From Squalus acanthias (taxonomy: Eukaryota): DNA of 64,000 nucleotides. This document shows, in pieces, positions 23,237 through 36,734 of this stretch; the first letter of the stretch is position 1, and each line of letters opens with the position of its first letter. A program made the translations under genes and the position numbers. The notes under the pieces are model-generated. The model saw only the letters and a list, made by a program, of their open reading frames with translations, was not told the DNA's origin and did no database searches. The DNA lies in NCBI GenBank assembly GCA_030390025.1, contig CM059432.1:18664001-18728000 (forward strand), given 5' to 3'.

Positions 23237-26200
23237 GGGGAATTTAAATTCAATTAAATAAATTTGGAATAAAAAGCTAGTATCAGTAATATCAGTAATG
23301 GTGACCATGAAACTACCGGATTGTCGTAAAAACCCATCTGGGCATTGGTGAGACCACATCTGGAGTACTGTGTACAGTATTGGTCTCCTTATTTAAGGAA
23401 GGATGTAAATGCGTTGGAAGCAGTTCAGAGAAGGTTTACTAGACTAATACCTGTATAGGTGGGTTGTCTTATGAGGAAAGGTTGGACAGGCTAGGCTTGT
23501 ATCCGCTGGAGTTTAGAAGAGTAAGAGGTGACTTGATTGAAACACATAAGATCCTGAGGGGTCTAGACAAGGGTGATGTGGAGAGGATGTTTCCTCTTGT
23601 GGGAGAATCTAGAACTAGAGGTCACTGTTTAAAAATAAGGGGTCGCCCATTTAAGACAGAGATGAGGAGAAATTTTTCTCACAGAGAATCGTGAGTCTTT
23701 GGAACTCTCTTCCTCAGAGGGCGGTGGAAGCAGAGTCTTTGAATATTTTTAAGGCAGAGGTAGATAGATTCTTGGTAAGCAAGGGGGTGAAAAGTTATTG
23801 GGGGTAGGCGGGAATGTGGAGTAATCGGATCAGCCATGATCTTATTGAATGGCAGAGCAGGCTCGAAGGGCCGAATGGCCTACTCTTACTCCTAATTCGT
23901 ATGTTCATATGTACCTATGTTCGTATGTTCACTAATGTCCTTTAGGGAAGGAAATCTGTTGCCCTTACCCGGTCTGGCCGATATGTGACTCCAAACCCAC
24001 AGCAGTGTGGTTGACTCTTAACTGCCCTCTGAAATGGCCAAGCAAGCCACTCAGTTGTAACAAAACCGCTACAGAAAACAATAATAAGAATAAAACCAGA
24101 CGGACCACCCGGCATCGACCTCTGTACCAGATTCGGACATGACAACGGCACACCCAGCCCAGTCGACCCTGAAAAGTCCTCCTCACTAACATCTGGGGAC
24201 TTGTGTCAAAATTGGGAGAGCTGACACACAGGCTAGTCAAGCAACAGCCTGACATAGTCATACTCACAGAATCATACCTTTCAGCCAATGTCCCAAACTC
24301 CTCAATCACCATCCCTGGGTATGTTCTGTCCCACTGACAGGACAGGCCCACCAGAGTGGTATACAGTCGGGAGGGAGTGTCCCTGGGAGTCCTCAACATT
24401 GACTCTGGACCCAATGAAGCCTCATGGCTTCAGGTCAAGCAAGGGCAAGGAAATCTCCTGCTGATTACCACCTACCGCCCTCCCGCAGCTGATGAATCAG
24501 TACTCCTCCATGTTGAATATCACTTGGAAAAAGCAGTGAGGGTAGCAAGGGCACAGAATGTACACTGAGTGGGGGACTTCAATGTAGCACCACTACTGAC
24601 TGAGCTGGCCTGAAGGACATAGCTGCCAGACTGGGCCTGTGGCAGGTGGTGAGGGAACCAACACGAGGGAAAACCTACTTGACCTCATCCTCACCAATCT
24701 ACCTGTCGCAGATGCATCTGTCCATGACAGCATTGGTGGCAGTGACCACCACACAGTCCTTATGGAGACGAAGACCCGTCTTCACACTCGTGTTGTGTGG
24801 CACTACCACCGTGCTAAATGGGATAGATTCAGAACAGATCTAGCAGTGCAAAAGTGGGCATCCATGAGGCGCTGTGGGCCATCTGCAGCAGCAGAATTGT
24901 ATCCACCACAATCTGTAACCTCATGGCCCAGCATATCCCTCACTCTACCATTACCATCAAGCTAGGAGACCAACCCTGGTTCAATGAGGAGTGCAGAAGA
25001 GCATGCCAGGAGCAGCACCAGGTGTACCTGAAAATTAGGTGCCAAACTGGGGAAGCTGCAACACAGGACAACATGCATGCTAAACAGCGAAATCATTACC
25101 CTATAGACAGAGCTAAGCGATCCCACAATCAATGCATCAGATCAAAGCTCTGCAGTCCTGCCACATCCAGTCGTGAATGGTGGTGGACCATTAAACAACT
25201 AACGGGAGGAGGAGGCTCCATGAACATCCCCATCCTCAATGATGGTGGAGCCCAGCATGAGTGCAAAAGACAAGGCTGAAACGTTTGCAACCATCTTCAG
25301 CCAGAAGTGCAGAGTGGATGATCCATATCGGCCTCCTCCTGACGTGCCCACCATCACAGAAGCCAGTCTTCAGCCAGTTCAATTCACTGCACGTGATATC
25401 AAGAAATGGTTGTGCGCACTGGTTACAACAAAGGCTATGGACCCCGACAACATCCCAGCTGTCGTGCTGAAGGCTTGTACTCCAGAATTAGCTGTGGCTC
25501 TAGCCAAGCTGTTCCAGTACAGCTACAACACTGGCATCGATTGACAATGTGGAAAACTGCCCAGGTATGTCCTGTCCACAAAAAGCAGGACAAATCCAAT
25601 CCAGCCAATTACCACCCCATCAGTTTACTCTCATCATCAGCAAAGTGATGGAAGCTGTCATCGACAGTGCTATCAAGTGGCACTTACTCACCAATAACCT
25701 GCACACCGATATTCAGTTTGGGTTCCACCAGGACCACTCAGATCCAGACCTCATTACAGCCTTAGTCCAAACATGGACAAAAGAGCTGAATTCCAGAGGT
25801 GAGGTGAGAGTGACTGCCCTTGACATCAAGGCAGCATTTGACCAAGTGTGGCATCAAGGAGCTCTAGTAAAATTGAAATCAATGGATATCAGGGGGAGAA
25901 CTCTCCACTGGCTCGAGTCATACCTAGCACAAAGGAAGATGGTTGGCTGGAGTCATACCTAGCACAAAGGAAGATGGTTGTAGTTGTTGGAGGTCAATCA
26001 TCTCAGCCCCAGGACATTGCTGCAGGAGTTCCTCAGGGCAGTGTCCTTGGTCCAACCATGTTCAGCTGCTCCATGAATGACTTCCCTTCATCATAAGGTC
26101 AGAAGTGGGGATGTTCGCTGATGATTGCACAGTGTTCAGTTCCATTCGCAACTCCTCAGATAATGAAGCAGTCCATGCCCGTATGCAGCAAGACCTGGAC

Positions 26201-27441
26201 AACATTCAGGCTTGGGCTGATAAGTGGCAAGTAACATGCGCGCCACATAATTGCCAGACAATGACTATGTCCAACAAGAGAGGGTCTAACCACCACCCCT
26301 TGACAATCAATGAGATTACCATCGCCGAATCCCCCTCCATCAAAATCCCGGGGATCACCATTGACCAGAACTTAACTGGACCAGCCACATAAATACTGTG
26401 GCAACAAGAGCAGGTCAGAGGCTGGGTATTCTGCGGCGAGTGTCTCACCACCTGACTCCCCAAAGCCTTCCACCATCTACAAGGCACAAGTAAGGAGTGT
26501 GATGGAATACTCTCCACTGGCCTGGATGAGTGCAGCTCAAACAACACTCAAGAAGCTCAACACCATCCAGGACAAAGCAGCCCGCTGATCGGCACCCCAT
26601 CTACCACCTTAAACATTCACTCCCTCCACCACCGGCGTAACCGTGGCTGCAGTGTGTACCATCTACAAGATGCACTGCAGCAACTCGCCAAGGCTTCTTC
26701 GGCAGCACCTCCCAAACCCGCGACCTCTTCCACCTAGAAGGACAAGGGCAGCAGGCGCATGGGAACACCACCACCTCCAAGTTCCCCTCCAAGTCACACA
26801 CCATCCTGACTTGGACATATATAGCAAAATATGTCAAAAATGGTTATACTTTCTCTCCTATTGCAGTAGAGTATCATTTGTTTAAAAAAGTTTCACTTAT
26901 TTTTAAAGATTTCCTATCAGCGTTTCCCAATTTGATCCCGAGCCGGTCCCTGGGTGTCCATGCTCATCTCATGATGCTATTTTGCGCCACAGTGCAAGTG
27001 TGCTGATAGCTGCTTTGCCAGGCTGAAGATGCTCAGGTTACCCACAAGAAAGTTGCTGTCAGCCGTGTGGAGATTGGGTCATTTATACCTGGAAGTGCAG
27101 TCGACAGCGCAAGACCTGCAAGTCTCCAGTACACTAAAATCCACTACAACTAGACGAGCCCTACGGCCCTCCGAGATCTCTGCGCTCTCCAATTCTGGCC
27201 TCTTGCACATCTCCAATTTCTTTCACACACCATCCTGACTTGGAAGTATATCATCGATCCTTCATCGTCGCTGGGTCAAAATCCTGGCATCCCTTCCCAA
27301 CAGCACTGTGGGAGCACCTTCACCACATGGACTGCAGCAGTTCAAGAAGGCAGCTCACCACCACCTTCTCAAGGGCAATTAGGGATGGGCAATAAATGCT
27401 GGCCCTGCCAGTGACGCCCACATCCCATGAACAAATAAAAA
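23237..27441 (+). mobile_element. Near full-length CR1-group (Zenon-like) LINE, APE+RT pseudogene
   Basis: APE start KVLLTNIWGL..QPDIVILTESYL at ~24170, GDFN at ~24572, SDH at ~24741, RT motifs at 25640-26130, and a 3' end with an A-rich tail at ~27440. Confidence 0.9.
23341..23929 (+). mobile_element. CR1 3' fragment nested in the 5' region of the Zenon-like LINE
   Basis: ORF 23464-23694 and a (CGTATGTT)n tail. It splits ACCCATCTGG|TTCACTAATG. Confidence 0.92.
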
Positions 27442-30400
27442 ATTGAAAGAGCCTTATTGAAGCTGACTTCATTTTAATATTTTATATTTTCAGATGAGAA
27501 TCCTTCACCAAAAGTTACCTGGCTGTGCAGGAGATGTTTCCCATTAATGACTGACCGAAGCAAAGACAGAACTCTTTTTCCTTTCCATAAATTTGTGCCT
27601 ACTGACCATCAGCTGTAATAAATAGCCCAGATTTGAAAGCTATCCGGTAAATATGGACGAGCTGCAGCATGATTTTTAAGTGTCCTCTTTCTGAAAGTCT
27701 TTGCAACTGTGTTGAAATGATTTTTAATTTTATTAGCACTACCCCGTTATACCGACCATCGTATATAGTGGGCAAATCGGGTTCGCATGAACCCCCCTAT
27801 AATGGAAGGAGACATTGCCTTGGAATTATTGGGTTGAACTTTCCACTTTTGTAGAATCCTGCTGCCTCTTTGGCCGGCTTCAGAGTCATTTGCGTTTGTC
27901 AGACAGGGGGATCCATCTGCTGTGGTGATGGGCTGGGGAGGGAATGGGCGGCTGGCACAGGGCGGCGTGGCTGCTGGTCTCTGAGCTGCCTTAAAAATAT
28001 TGACATCAGAAGAGTGGCTCCCAAAAAAGTTTCCACTACAATCCAGACAAGTTACACAGGGCGTGGGGTGTGATGCAACTGGAGTGGAAAATCGAGGCTA
28101 TTATATTGTTGATTGTTGGGATTTGGAACATTTATCTCCATCATAGGCCATTAAACAGCCGACATGTATTGGATGGTAAACCGTGGGCCTGTGAATCGGG
28201 TGGATGCCTGAAATCCTCATATGCACTGCTTGCAAGTGAGACTCTGAGATGAGCACAAACGATGGTGGTATCAGATGACCTTTATGACCCAGCAGGAACA
28301 CAGTTTTCCTTAATTGTTTAAAAGCCTTCTGAACCTTGTTCACCTGTAGGTCCATCTTTTTATTGGATTAAGGTTTGATGTAGAAATTTTACTGAGGTAT
28401 TGATAATGTAGTTTAAATTGCCCTCTTTCACAACACAGTGGAAAGGCTATCTCTCTGAGCTCAATCTCCCAACCACTTCACTACAGGTTTGACCCATTAA
28501 TGCGATACATGACTTACCTGGCTGAGCAATCAATCCATTACTCGTTCTCTGTTAATGTGATTTTCTCTTTGATTATGTGCTTTTATATATCATTTTACTT
28601 TCTGTATCATACAGAAAATTCATTCACAGTGCACCTCAGGAATCTCCGATTGCCACCGAATGCTCAAGTGACGTACTTTGGCCTTTTAGTGAGATTACAG
28701 TTCGTCCATTTTTGCTCTTGTCGGGGAAAGTAGAAAGGGAGCATGAAGAAATGCCATCAATCCAACAACCATTTAAAAATTAGTGCCAGGTCGAGGTTTC
28801 TGTATTATTCCATAGCTGCCTTATTTTGGGTTTATATTTTCTTTAGAAGAAGTGGTAACCCTATTATGCTGGAAAGGAAAGCAATTTTTTCTAAACTCTT
28901 GAACAATTAATAAAAACTCCAATTATGAATTTTTTGCCCAATATTTAGAATACCCTTTTGGGATTTAAAATTTTTTTTTTTTGTTCTTTATTAATTAAAA
29001 TAATTAAATTTCAGGAGTGGGGCATTGGGGATAAATGGGAAGGGGAGATTTTATTGAGTTTCTTCCCCAGTTTCCATTGCTATAAGCGGTGGCCCGAATC
29101 TCCCCCTCTTTCACTGTAACACTGGTTAAAATGGAGTCATCAGTTCACTGGCATAGGCTATATAGTAAAGAAAAAGTATCACCTGGCAATGTTCCCCGAT
29201 CCTGTTGAACTCTACATTTCAAAATAGAATCCTATAAAACACTAATTAAAATTAATTTCCTTCGATATAAACAGTTCAGAAGAAATACATATATCACTGG
29301 ACCAAGCGGAAAAGTCAAAGTTCATCTTTTTGCTTTGCCTAACATTAATGCACCCTGCATCAAACACTGTACCTGTCACTTCAAAAACATTTCCAATTTT
29401 TTTCACTATTCAAGTTAAATAATTTCTGGGAGCAGATGTGATCAGGGATGCAATCATGTTATTGAGCCCTCGTCTAATTTCTAGCCGAAGGTAACGTGTC
29501 CAAGGGAGGTTTCTCAGTGACCGTGCCCTCACAAGGAATGATTCTTAGTGTGCTCGAGGGACTGGAAGGTATGGCCAGTTCTAATTCTACCCTTCCATCT
29601 CCAGAATCCAGCTTGAAATGCAGCCCAGAGTCTATGCAATGTGGGATACTAGTGGACCAATGACTAATTTGTTCTTCTGAATTGTCGCTCTCTGCAATTT
29701 TTGTAGAGACGTTAACCTGTAGTTAACCCAAGTTTAACCCATGGTTAACATCTCCCCATAAATAGCAGAGAGTCATTTCAGATGGATGCTCCAAGTGTTT
29801 GTCCGCTGGAGTAATTTTGAGCTTTCATTCTCCAATGACTGTAAGGACCCTACATGGAAAGTCTGAATCTGGTTCCTGATGGATCTGATTCCATATAATG
29901 GGCTATAATTTAGCACTATTTTGTATGAAGTTAGTCATTTTGCCACGAGAGGCCACTGAATGGGAAATGTAGAAGACACACTGGTGCATTGAGTTGAGGT
30001 TAAAAGGCACATTACTTAGGGCAGTGCAACAGAAGATTTACCCCGATGCCTGACCTGGAAGTGCTTATGCTAGTTTTGAATGTATCACACGGAAAAATGC
30101 TCTATTCCCAAACACTGAAGTCCCTCCTCTTAACAAGCACCAAACACCACTTTTTTTAAAAAAAAGAACCTTTAATGATATCAAAACAGAGGTCACTGTG
30201 TAATGAACGTCTGAAAATGTGTTCTTGTACTATGTGTTTTGCATTGCTAGAGGAACACTGAGAATTTGGAGTGAATCTCAGCTAATTTTGTATGACATGT
30301 CTATTAAAGGTAAAAAGCAGTGCTACCCAAGCAGCCAAGTATCATTTTGTTAGTTGCCATAACAACAGAAGAGATTAGAACTGTCACTTCTGCCACTGGA

Positions 30401-30869
30401 TGTGACGCTGCTCTGTGGCGAACCTGCTCATTGTCCAGAGGGCTTGTAGAGTATTCTTTAACTGACAGCTGCTGAGTTCACAAATAAATCTCATTTAAAC
30501 AGGAGCGCGCAGTCCAAAAATATGTCAGTCTCTGCTCTGAAGGCACAAGACAGAGTGCAAAGAATGGAAACATGCTAGGCCCGATAATAACTCGGAGCCA
30601 GGAAGAGAGCAGGAGGCAGGACTTGAGGACAGGAAACCAGAAAGTAAGGGTTTCCCGCTGGGTCCCGCCGAATTTAACGGCCGGACTTGCCCGCCCGACA
30701 TCCAGCCAGATTGATAGGCTGGCTATCTGTCGGGCTGGAAGGGGAGCGAATGGCAAGTAAGTCCGACATCACGGGGGAGGAATCAGACATCGGATGGGGG
30801 GGGGGCTCAGCCGATCATGGAGTGTTTAAAAGGTAAGCTCAGTGGGCCGGGGGGGGTGGGGGAAGCATT

Positions 30870-31320
30870 CCCATCACCCCTGTGCTCGTTAACCTACATT
30901 GGCTCCCGTTCCAGCGGCACCTTGAATTTAAAATTCTCATCCTTGTGTTCAAATCTCTCCATGGCCTCGCCCCTCCCAACCTCCTCCAGCCCTCCATAAC
31001 CTTCTGAGAACTCTACATTCCTCCACTTCTCTCCTCTTGTGCATCCCTGACTTCCTTCGCCCCGCCATTGGCGGCTGTCCATTTAGCTGCCTCGGTCCTA
31101 AGCTCTGGAATTCCCTCCCTAAACCTCTCCACCTCTCTCTCCTGCTTTAAGGCACTCCTTAAAGCCTACCTCATTGACCAAGCTTTTGGTCATGTGTCCT
31201 AATATCTCCTTCTTTGGCTCGGTGTCAATTGTTATGTTTGATTACGCTACTTGTGAAGCACCTTGGGTAGTTTTACTACATTACGGCACAATATAAACGC
31301 AAGTTGTGGTTATTGTTGTA
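30870..31320 (+). mobile_element. L2 LINE 3' fragment
   Basis: CCCTAAGCTCTGGAATTCCCTCCCTAAACC-type sequence and a (GTT)n tail, homologous to 39725-40010. Confidence 0.8.
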
Positions 31321-31782
31321 CCCACCTATCCTCTGCTGATGCTGGTGATAATAGTGAGAACCCATGACCGGGAGGGTTAGGTATTATACTGATTTGATGG
31401 CAAGAGATTCATATTGCTCAGCTTTCAATTAATCTAGCCCAAACCTGGCACTTTAAAGGTGGCATAATACTCACAAGAACATAGGAATGCACAGGATCAG
31501 AAGAGACCGTTCTTTTTTCCCTTCTTGCTAGAAATACCTTTTTGATATTAATTTGTAAGGAAAGAGCCATTCTGTCCTGCTGCACATTAGAAGAGTGTAG
31601 CATTATATACTTCTTTGATATCTTAAGTTGTATATACTAAAATGTGAATAATCTTTAACTAACCAGTGTTAAGATGGTTGGTGTCTTGCCTGGCTGGTTA
31701 CAAAATATGTTGCAGCTGCAGTGATGGGTGTGCAGATCTCAGAGGAAGGTGCTTTGATCTGCAGCAATTAGTCAGTATGCCT

Positions 31783-32250
31783 TTTCTTAATTAAACTATA
31801 AGGAGACACCGGGTTGCCCCAGTGTCATCAAACAAAAAAAACCTAACAAAAGTGCCCCCGTTTTTGAGGGGCACAACTAATAGAAAACTAAACCGCAAAA
31901 CAAAGGAAACTTATAAAAGTAGATAATAATATGGGCGCCGGTGTCCACTGTGCCCACCATTCCCTGCGGTGGCCCACCAGTCGCTGAAGACCTCAAGCGT
32001 TCCGGCAAACGTCGCGTGCTCCTTCTCCAGGGCCACCCGGGTGTGGACAAGGCCGCGGAACAGAGGCAGGCAGCCAGAGCGAGCACCCCCACGGGCCGCG
32101 TCCAACCTGGACCTGTGGATGGCCACCTGGGCCAGGCCCAGGAGCAGATCCACGAGGAGGTCCTCTGACTTGCCTGGAAGCCCCCTCCGCACCGGCTGGC
32201 CCAAGATCAAGACTGAAGTGGAGCCAGAAGTTGAGGAGCAGCAATTCGCA
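31783..32250 (-). mobile_element. Tx1-clade (L1 group) retrotransposon 3' fragment
   Basis: LLLNFWLHFS...DLLVDLLLGLAQVAIHRSR...LFRGLVHTRVALEKEHA resembles the Tx1 ORF2 C-terminus. Confidence 0.7.
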
Positions 32251-32659
32251 AGGCTATTCTGATTTTATCGAATGAAAGCATTAATTTGATGAGATGTAAA
32301 CATTCACTTAGCAAGAGCCTCTCTGCTTAAGATGCTCCACTGTATCTTTGAGATGGCTTGAGTGACAGTTCTGCGTCCAGAGACTTCTCAGGCTGTGATA
32401 AATACGGAGGGTTTTAGACATATTTTCAGTTCACTCAATTCATCCACATTTCCAAGACAGATCTCACTGAGAACAGAGACATCGGCTAATGTAAAAATCC
32501 TATTAGATGATTTATTCTAAGGGGCTCTGAGAATTCAAAACGCTTTGATATTCTGGTTCAGAAAATGGTTAAGTTAACAGAGTTAAGCATGGTATTGCTA
32601 TTTTATTTGAAGATTTAACTTGCTTCTGTGTATAGAGATAATTTAAAAGGTCTTTAAAA

Positions 32660-32900
32660 CATCTTTACCCAGAAAGTGATTAGAATGTGAAATTTGCTAC
32701 CACAAGGAGTAGTTGAGGTGAATAGCATCGATCCATTTAAGGGGAAGCTCGATAAGTACATGAGGGAGAAAGGAATAGAAGGATATGCTGATAGGGTGAG
32801 ATGAAGTAGGTTGGGCGGAGGCTCATGTGGAGCATAAACACTGGCATAGACCAGTTGGGCTGAATGGCCTGTTTCTGTGCTGTAAATTCTATGTAATTCT
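32660..32900 (+). mobile_element. CR1 3' fragment
   Basis: Homologous to 5215-5462 and 60170-60430. Confidence 0.8.
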
Positions 32901-33004
32901 GTGTAAAATTATGATGGGTTCAGATAGGATGAAGAGGGAAAAGAGTACTTCTTCTGGTTGGGATGTCACTCAATGAGGGGTCACCAATTTAAAACTGTCA
33001 CAAA

Positions 33005-34619
33005 GGCCGAGACTTTCCAGGGGGTCAGCGGGCGCGATCAGTGGCGGGTCGGGTGGAAAGTGTTTTTTTTCCCCAGTGGGTCGGGACCCCGCTGCCATGC
33101 GTCTTTCCCCGATGCCGGGTCTGTCAGCTGAGCAGATCCGACACGCATCGGCAGGGGATCCAATTCAAGTAATTATGACCTTGTTCAGAGATCATTAAGA
33201 ATATATTTGAGCTCATCTTTTGATTGTATGTGATTGCCTACGGGGTCCTCGCTGCTCGGGGATCATGTCTGTCAAGCTGAGGTGGGAGTTCAGTGGCCAT
33301 TGAATCAGCTGTTGAGTTGACAGCTTTAAATACAAAGTAAAAGCTCCCACCTTACAGAGATATCTTCCTCAGCCACAAGCTCTTCCTCACTGCATTTCCA
33401 CAACAGATTCACCATGCTGCAAGTCTTTACACAAGTCTCCATCCAGTTTGACCTCATTACCTTTCTCACCATTGATAGATCACTTCTGTCATCTCTACTT
33501 CACCTGCCATCTATTCCATCAGCATGGGTGCCCTTTATTCTCTCTCACCTTGGTCCTCAGAATCCCACCACGATCAGCCCCAACACCAGCAGCACCAACA
33601 ACAACACCAACCTTCTCCGCAATCACCTGATGCTGCACAGGACAAAGAGCATCAGCACCTGAGCACATTGCTGCCTGGGAGACCAGGGATGGCCTCACCA
33701 TGGCCAGATTTACTTCATTTGACACTGTACACCCTGGCTGCCACATGATGCGCCAGGTTGGCACCACCCCACACCAACACCATAAAGCATCCCTACAATG
33801 CCCAAGCCATTCCTTTCACACTCATCACCATTGCGGGGGTACTGTTATGTCTCACCATTCACTGAAACTCACTAAGCCATTTCCAAAGGTGCACATAAAT
33901 CTGTCCAAGAATGCAAAGTGTTGAAAATAAATGTTTCAATGTTTGACACCACATTAACAGAAACTTTACATGAACATTACATAAAACACCCAAGTGGCTA
34001 CCCTTGTGTGTTAGTTGGTATAATTGCACTAGGATGAGGGTGAGTGTGAGGGGTGGCGAGTGGGCTGGGGATGTGATAATATAGATAGAGAGGGATGGGT
34101 GGAGGTGCAAGGTAAGTTGGTGTGAGTAAGAATGTGTAGGAGTAGGGTAGGGAAGGCAGAGTGATAGGGATGTGATGAGGTTGCGTGTGGCTTTGTACTA
34201 ATGTTTCATGATCTACTGAGATCATTGAAACGTTTGCAGCACTGCACCCAGCACCTCCTGACCACATCCCTGCTTGTGCCCTCCTCTGCAATGTGTAACC
34301 AGGCTATGTTGATCTCCTGGGGAGGTGTCTTCCACACATGGGAAGGGAAGAGAATCTCCCTGCGTGCCGTGACTCCCTCCATAAGTATATGGAGGGAGTC
34401 ATGGGAGAGCCTGGGTGCAGCCCTGCACCTCTGTGCAGTGATTGTCAGTGTTTGTAGCACCTCAATGCGGTAGAACACTGACAGCACAACTGTCAAAATA
34501 AATTTGGACATGGTGCCTTTAAGGAAACCGGCTGATGACGTGTCATCAAGTGACGTCACCAGACCCGCTTCACCGACGTCGCCCGCCACGGACCCACCGA
34601 GGTCAGCAAAATCGCAACC
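33005..34619. mobile_element. Internally deleted Harbinger element with a Myb/SANT remnant, nested in a CR1 fragment
   Basis: Degenerate TIRs with AAA on both flanks. The CR1 continues across the insertion. Minus strand reads APRLSHDSLHILMEGVTARREILFP..W..IAEE..RRCWVQCCKRFNDL. Confidence 0.8.
34206..34440 (-). pseudogene. Harbinger Myb/SANT DNA-binding gene exon 1 remnant
   Basis: Myb_DNA-bind_5-like pattern. A stop codon and a degraded donor follow. Confidence 0.75.
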
Positions 34620-35010
34620 AAAGGGAATGGGGAGACAGGTTAGGAAAAATTTCTTTACGCAGAAAGTTGTTTTGCCACAGGGGATGGTTGAGACAGAAAC
34701 AATTATATTTATATCGAGAAATTGGATGAATATTTGAAGCAGAGAAATACACAGGGCTATGGGGAGAATGTGGCTAGATTAGCTTTGGTTTACTGTGGCA
34801 AAGAGCTAGCACAGAGGAGAAGAGCCTGCTTCTGTTCTGTGCATTTCTATAGTTGTTTGGCTCTATTACTTTCTCATGATAAATTTGATTAGTAGTTTTA
34901 GCCTGAACTATATTGTCTGTCAGTGTGGTGTTTTTCTATCTAATCAGCGAGGTCAGGAGTGTAGAGTTGGCAACCCGTAGACCTCAACAGTACAAGGTGA
35001 GGGTACACTG

Positions 35011-35197
35011 AGGGATATTCTATCCTAACTCACTGGGCAGGAAACCCACAAGATCGGGTGGAACACTGGTTTTAGACCCCACCCAATATTACTCTGCATT
35101 GACTTCAATGGCGAGTAAAATCGGACAGGGTGTAAAACCAGTGTTGCATCCAATCTTGTCAGTTTACCAATGGGCAGGATAGGTTAAAATTGACCCC
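35011..35197. mobile_element. Short palindromic MITE
   Basis: Nested inverted arms (AACACTGGTTTTA / TAAAACCAGTGTT) around CATTGACTTCAATG; ends in ...AATTGACCCC. Confidence 0.6.
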
Positions 35198-36009
35198 ACT
35201 ATTACCAGCCACACTTAAGTTTTATACATAAAAATACATAGAAGTTACAACATGGAAACAGGCCATTTGGCCCAACCAGTCTGTGTTGGCATTTACCATC
35301 CATGAGAACAAATCTAAGGGTATAACCTGTGCACTAAATCTGTGGTGACACCTGCACATGGAAGACCTCAATTAAAAGGATACAGCTTCCTGCAATCCAT
35401 GCGTACCCATTGAAAATTCACTACTTCAATGGGAATCCCATAAGCAAAGTGATGAGAATTCTCAAATAGTTGTTAAATTAAACAGTCTGTGACTGACAAT
35501 AACGAGCATTCTTTCTTCATGCAGAAAAAGATTGTGCACAGTTCCCAAATTTGGGAATTTTGGATTTACTAAGATCTGTGCTAAATTTTGCTGGAAGTGA
35601 GGGAAGGTGTAAAGCAAGTCCACCCTGGCTACAATGTAGTCATGCAAATGATGGGTTTAAAAGGGGATGGCGGCATACGTCCTCAATTCTGTCATTTCCA
35701 CCCTAGGATCTGCTCCTTTTACTTCTGCTACTATAAAAGAAGGGTAACTTAGACCAGCAGTTGGGGAAGGCTAGTGTTGGTATTTTAAAGTTGAATTGTT
35801 GTGTTTCATTGTGCTGTTGGATAGAGGCTCATAACTTTACTTTGGATTGGTCTTTTGTCAATTTTCTTTTGCTCTTTATTTTGGAAGCTCCTAGCTTCAT
35901 TTGGAAGTCTCCCTCAAGATTGTTTCTTAGTTGTGGAAGTTCCTCTAAAATGAAGGTAAAGGCTATAAATGCCTTTCCCCAAGGTGATTCTTCCCTTTAT
36001 TATTTATCT

Positions 36010-36200
36010 GATGGAGGAGGAACAGCAGAAAATCCAGGAAGCTAGGCTTATAAGACAGAACCTGAGGAGATCCAGACTTTTCTACACATACCCAGCCACC
36101 AGGGTGTGTAGCCCTAGAAGATTATGCCTCAATATATCCATGGAGTTTTGTATCATGAGGCTTTTGTGTTCTGTGGGATGATTGGAGAAATTCCAGGAGC
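36010..36200 (+). pseudogene. Degenerate Harbinger transposase N-terminal fragment
   Basis: YPATRVCSPRRLCLNISMEFCIMRL resembles the RVYRPR..L..SEE.C.RRLRF N-terminal pattern of HARBI1-type transposases. Confidence 0.45.
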
Positions 36201-36734
36201 TACCTCTGGCTCCAGGATGCTCCGTACTTTTGAGAAATCCTCTCTGATAGTATCACAAAGGATGGCATGGGACCTTCTCTCCATTGCTTAACATCTATAA
36301 AAACCTGCCAGTAAAAATGATTAGACTTCTTATTTTAAAGGGTGAAGTGACAATAATCTGTAGGTTTTTTTTAAATAGGGCAATTCAGGCAGTGGAATAT
36401 TGGATTCCAAAGAGTATGTGAGTTGAAATTCCAGTCTGGATTATGGGGACAAGGACACTATATCTAGGGTCAGTGCAGCAGAGGTTTCACTTGGCACCAA
36501 TGCAGCATTTATAATGTAAATGTAGTCTGAATCCAGAGTCAGGATCTGATTCAATTCAGAGTGAAACAATCTAAGACTTCCTTGGCGAGGGAGTCTTACT
36601 CAGCTTCAGGTCGGAGGCAATTCATGCCTTGATATCCAAATTAGCCTCCACAAGCTCAGTGCCAGTAAAAGCTGAAACCACATCACACAGGTGACCCTAA
36701 ATTTGTAGTGTAAATACAGCCTAAAACATTATTT

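Noticed and set aside
25910..25980. 35-bp direct repeat as a CRISPR-like array
   Set aside because: It is an adjacent tandem duplication within the LINE RT, has no spacers, and is in a eukaryotic context.
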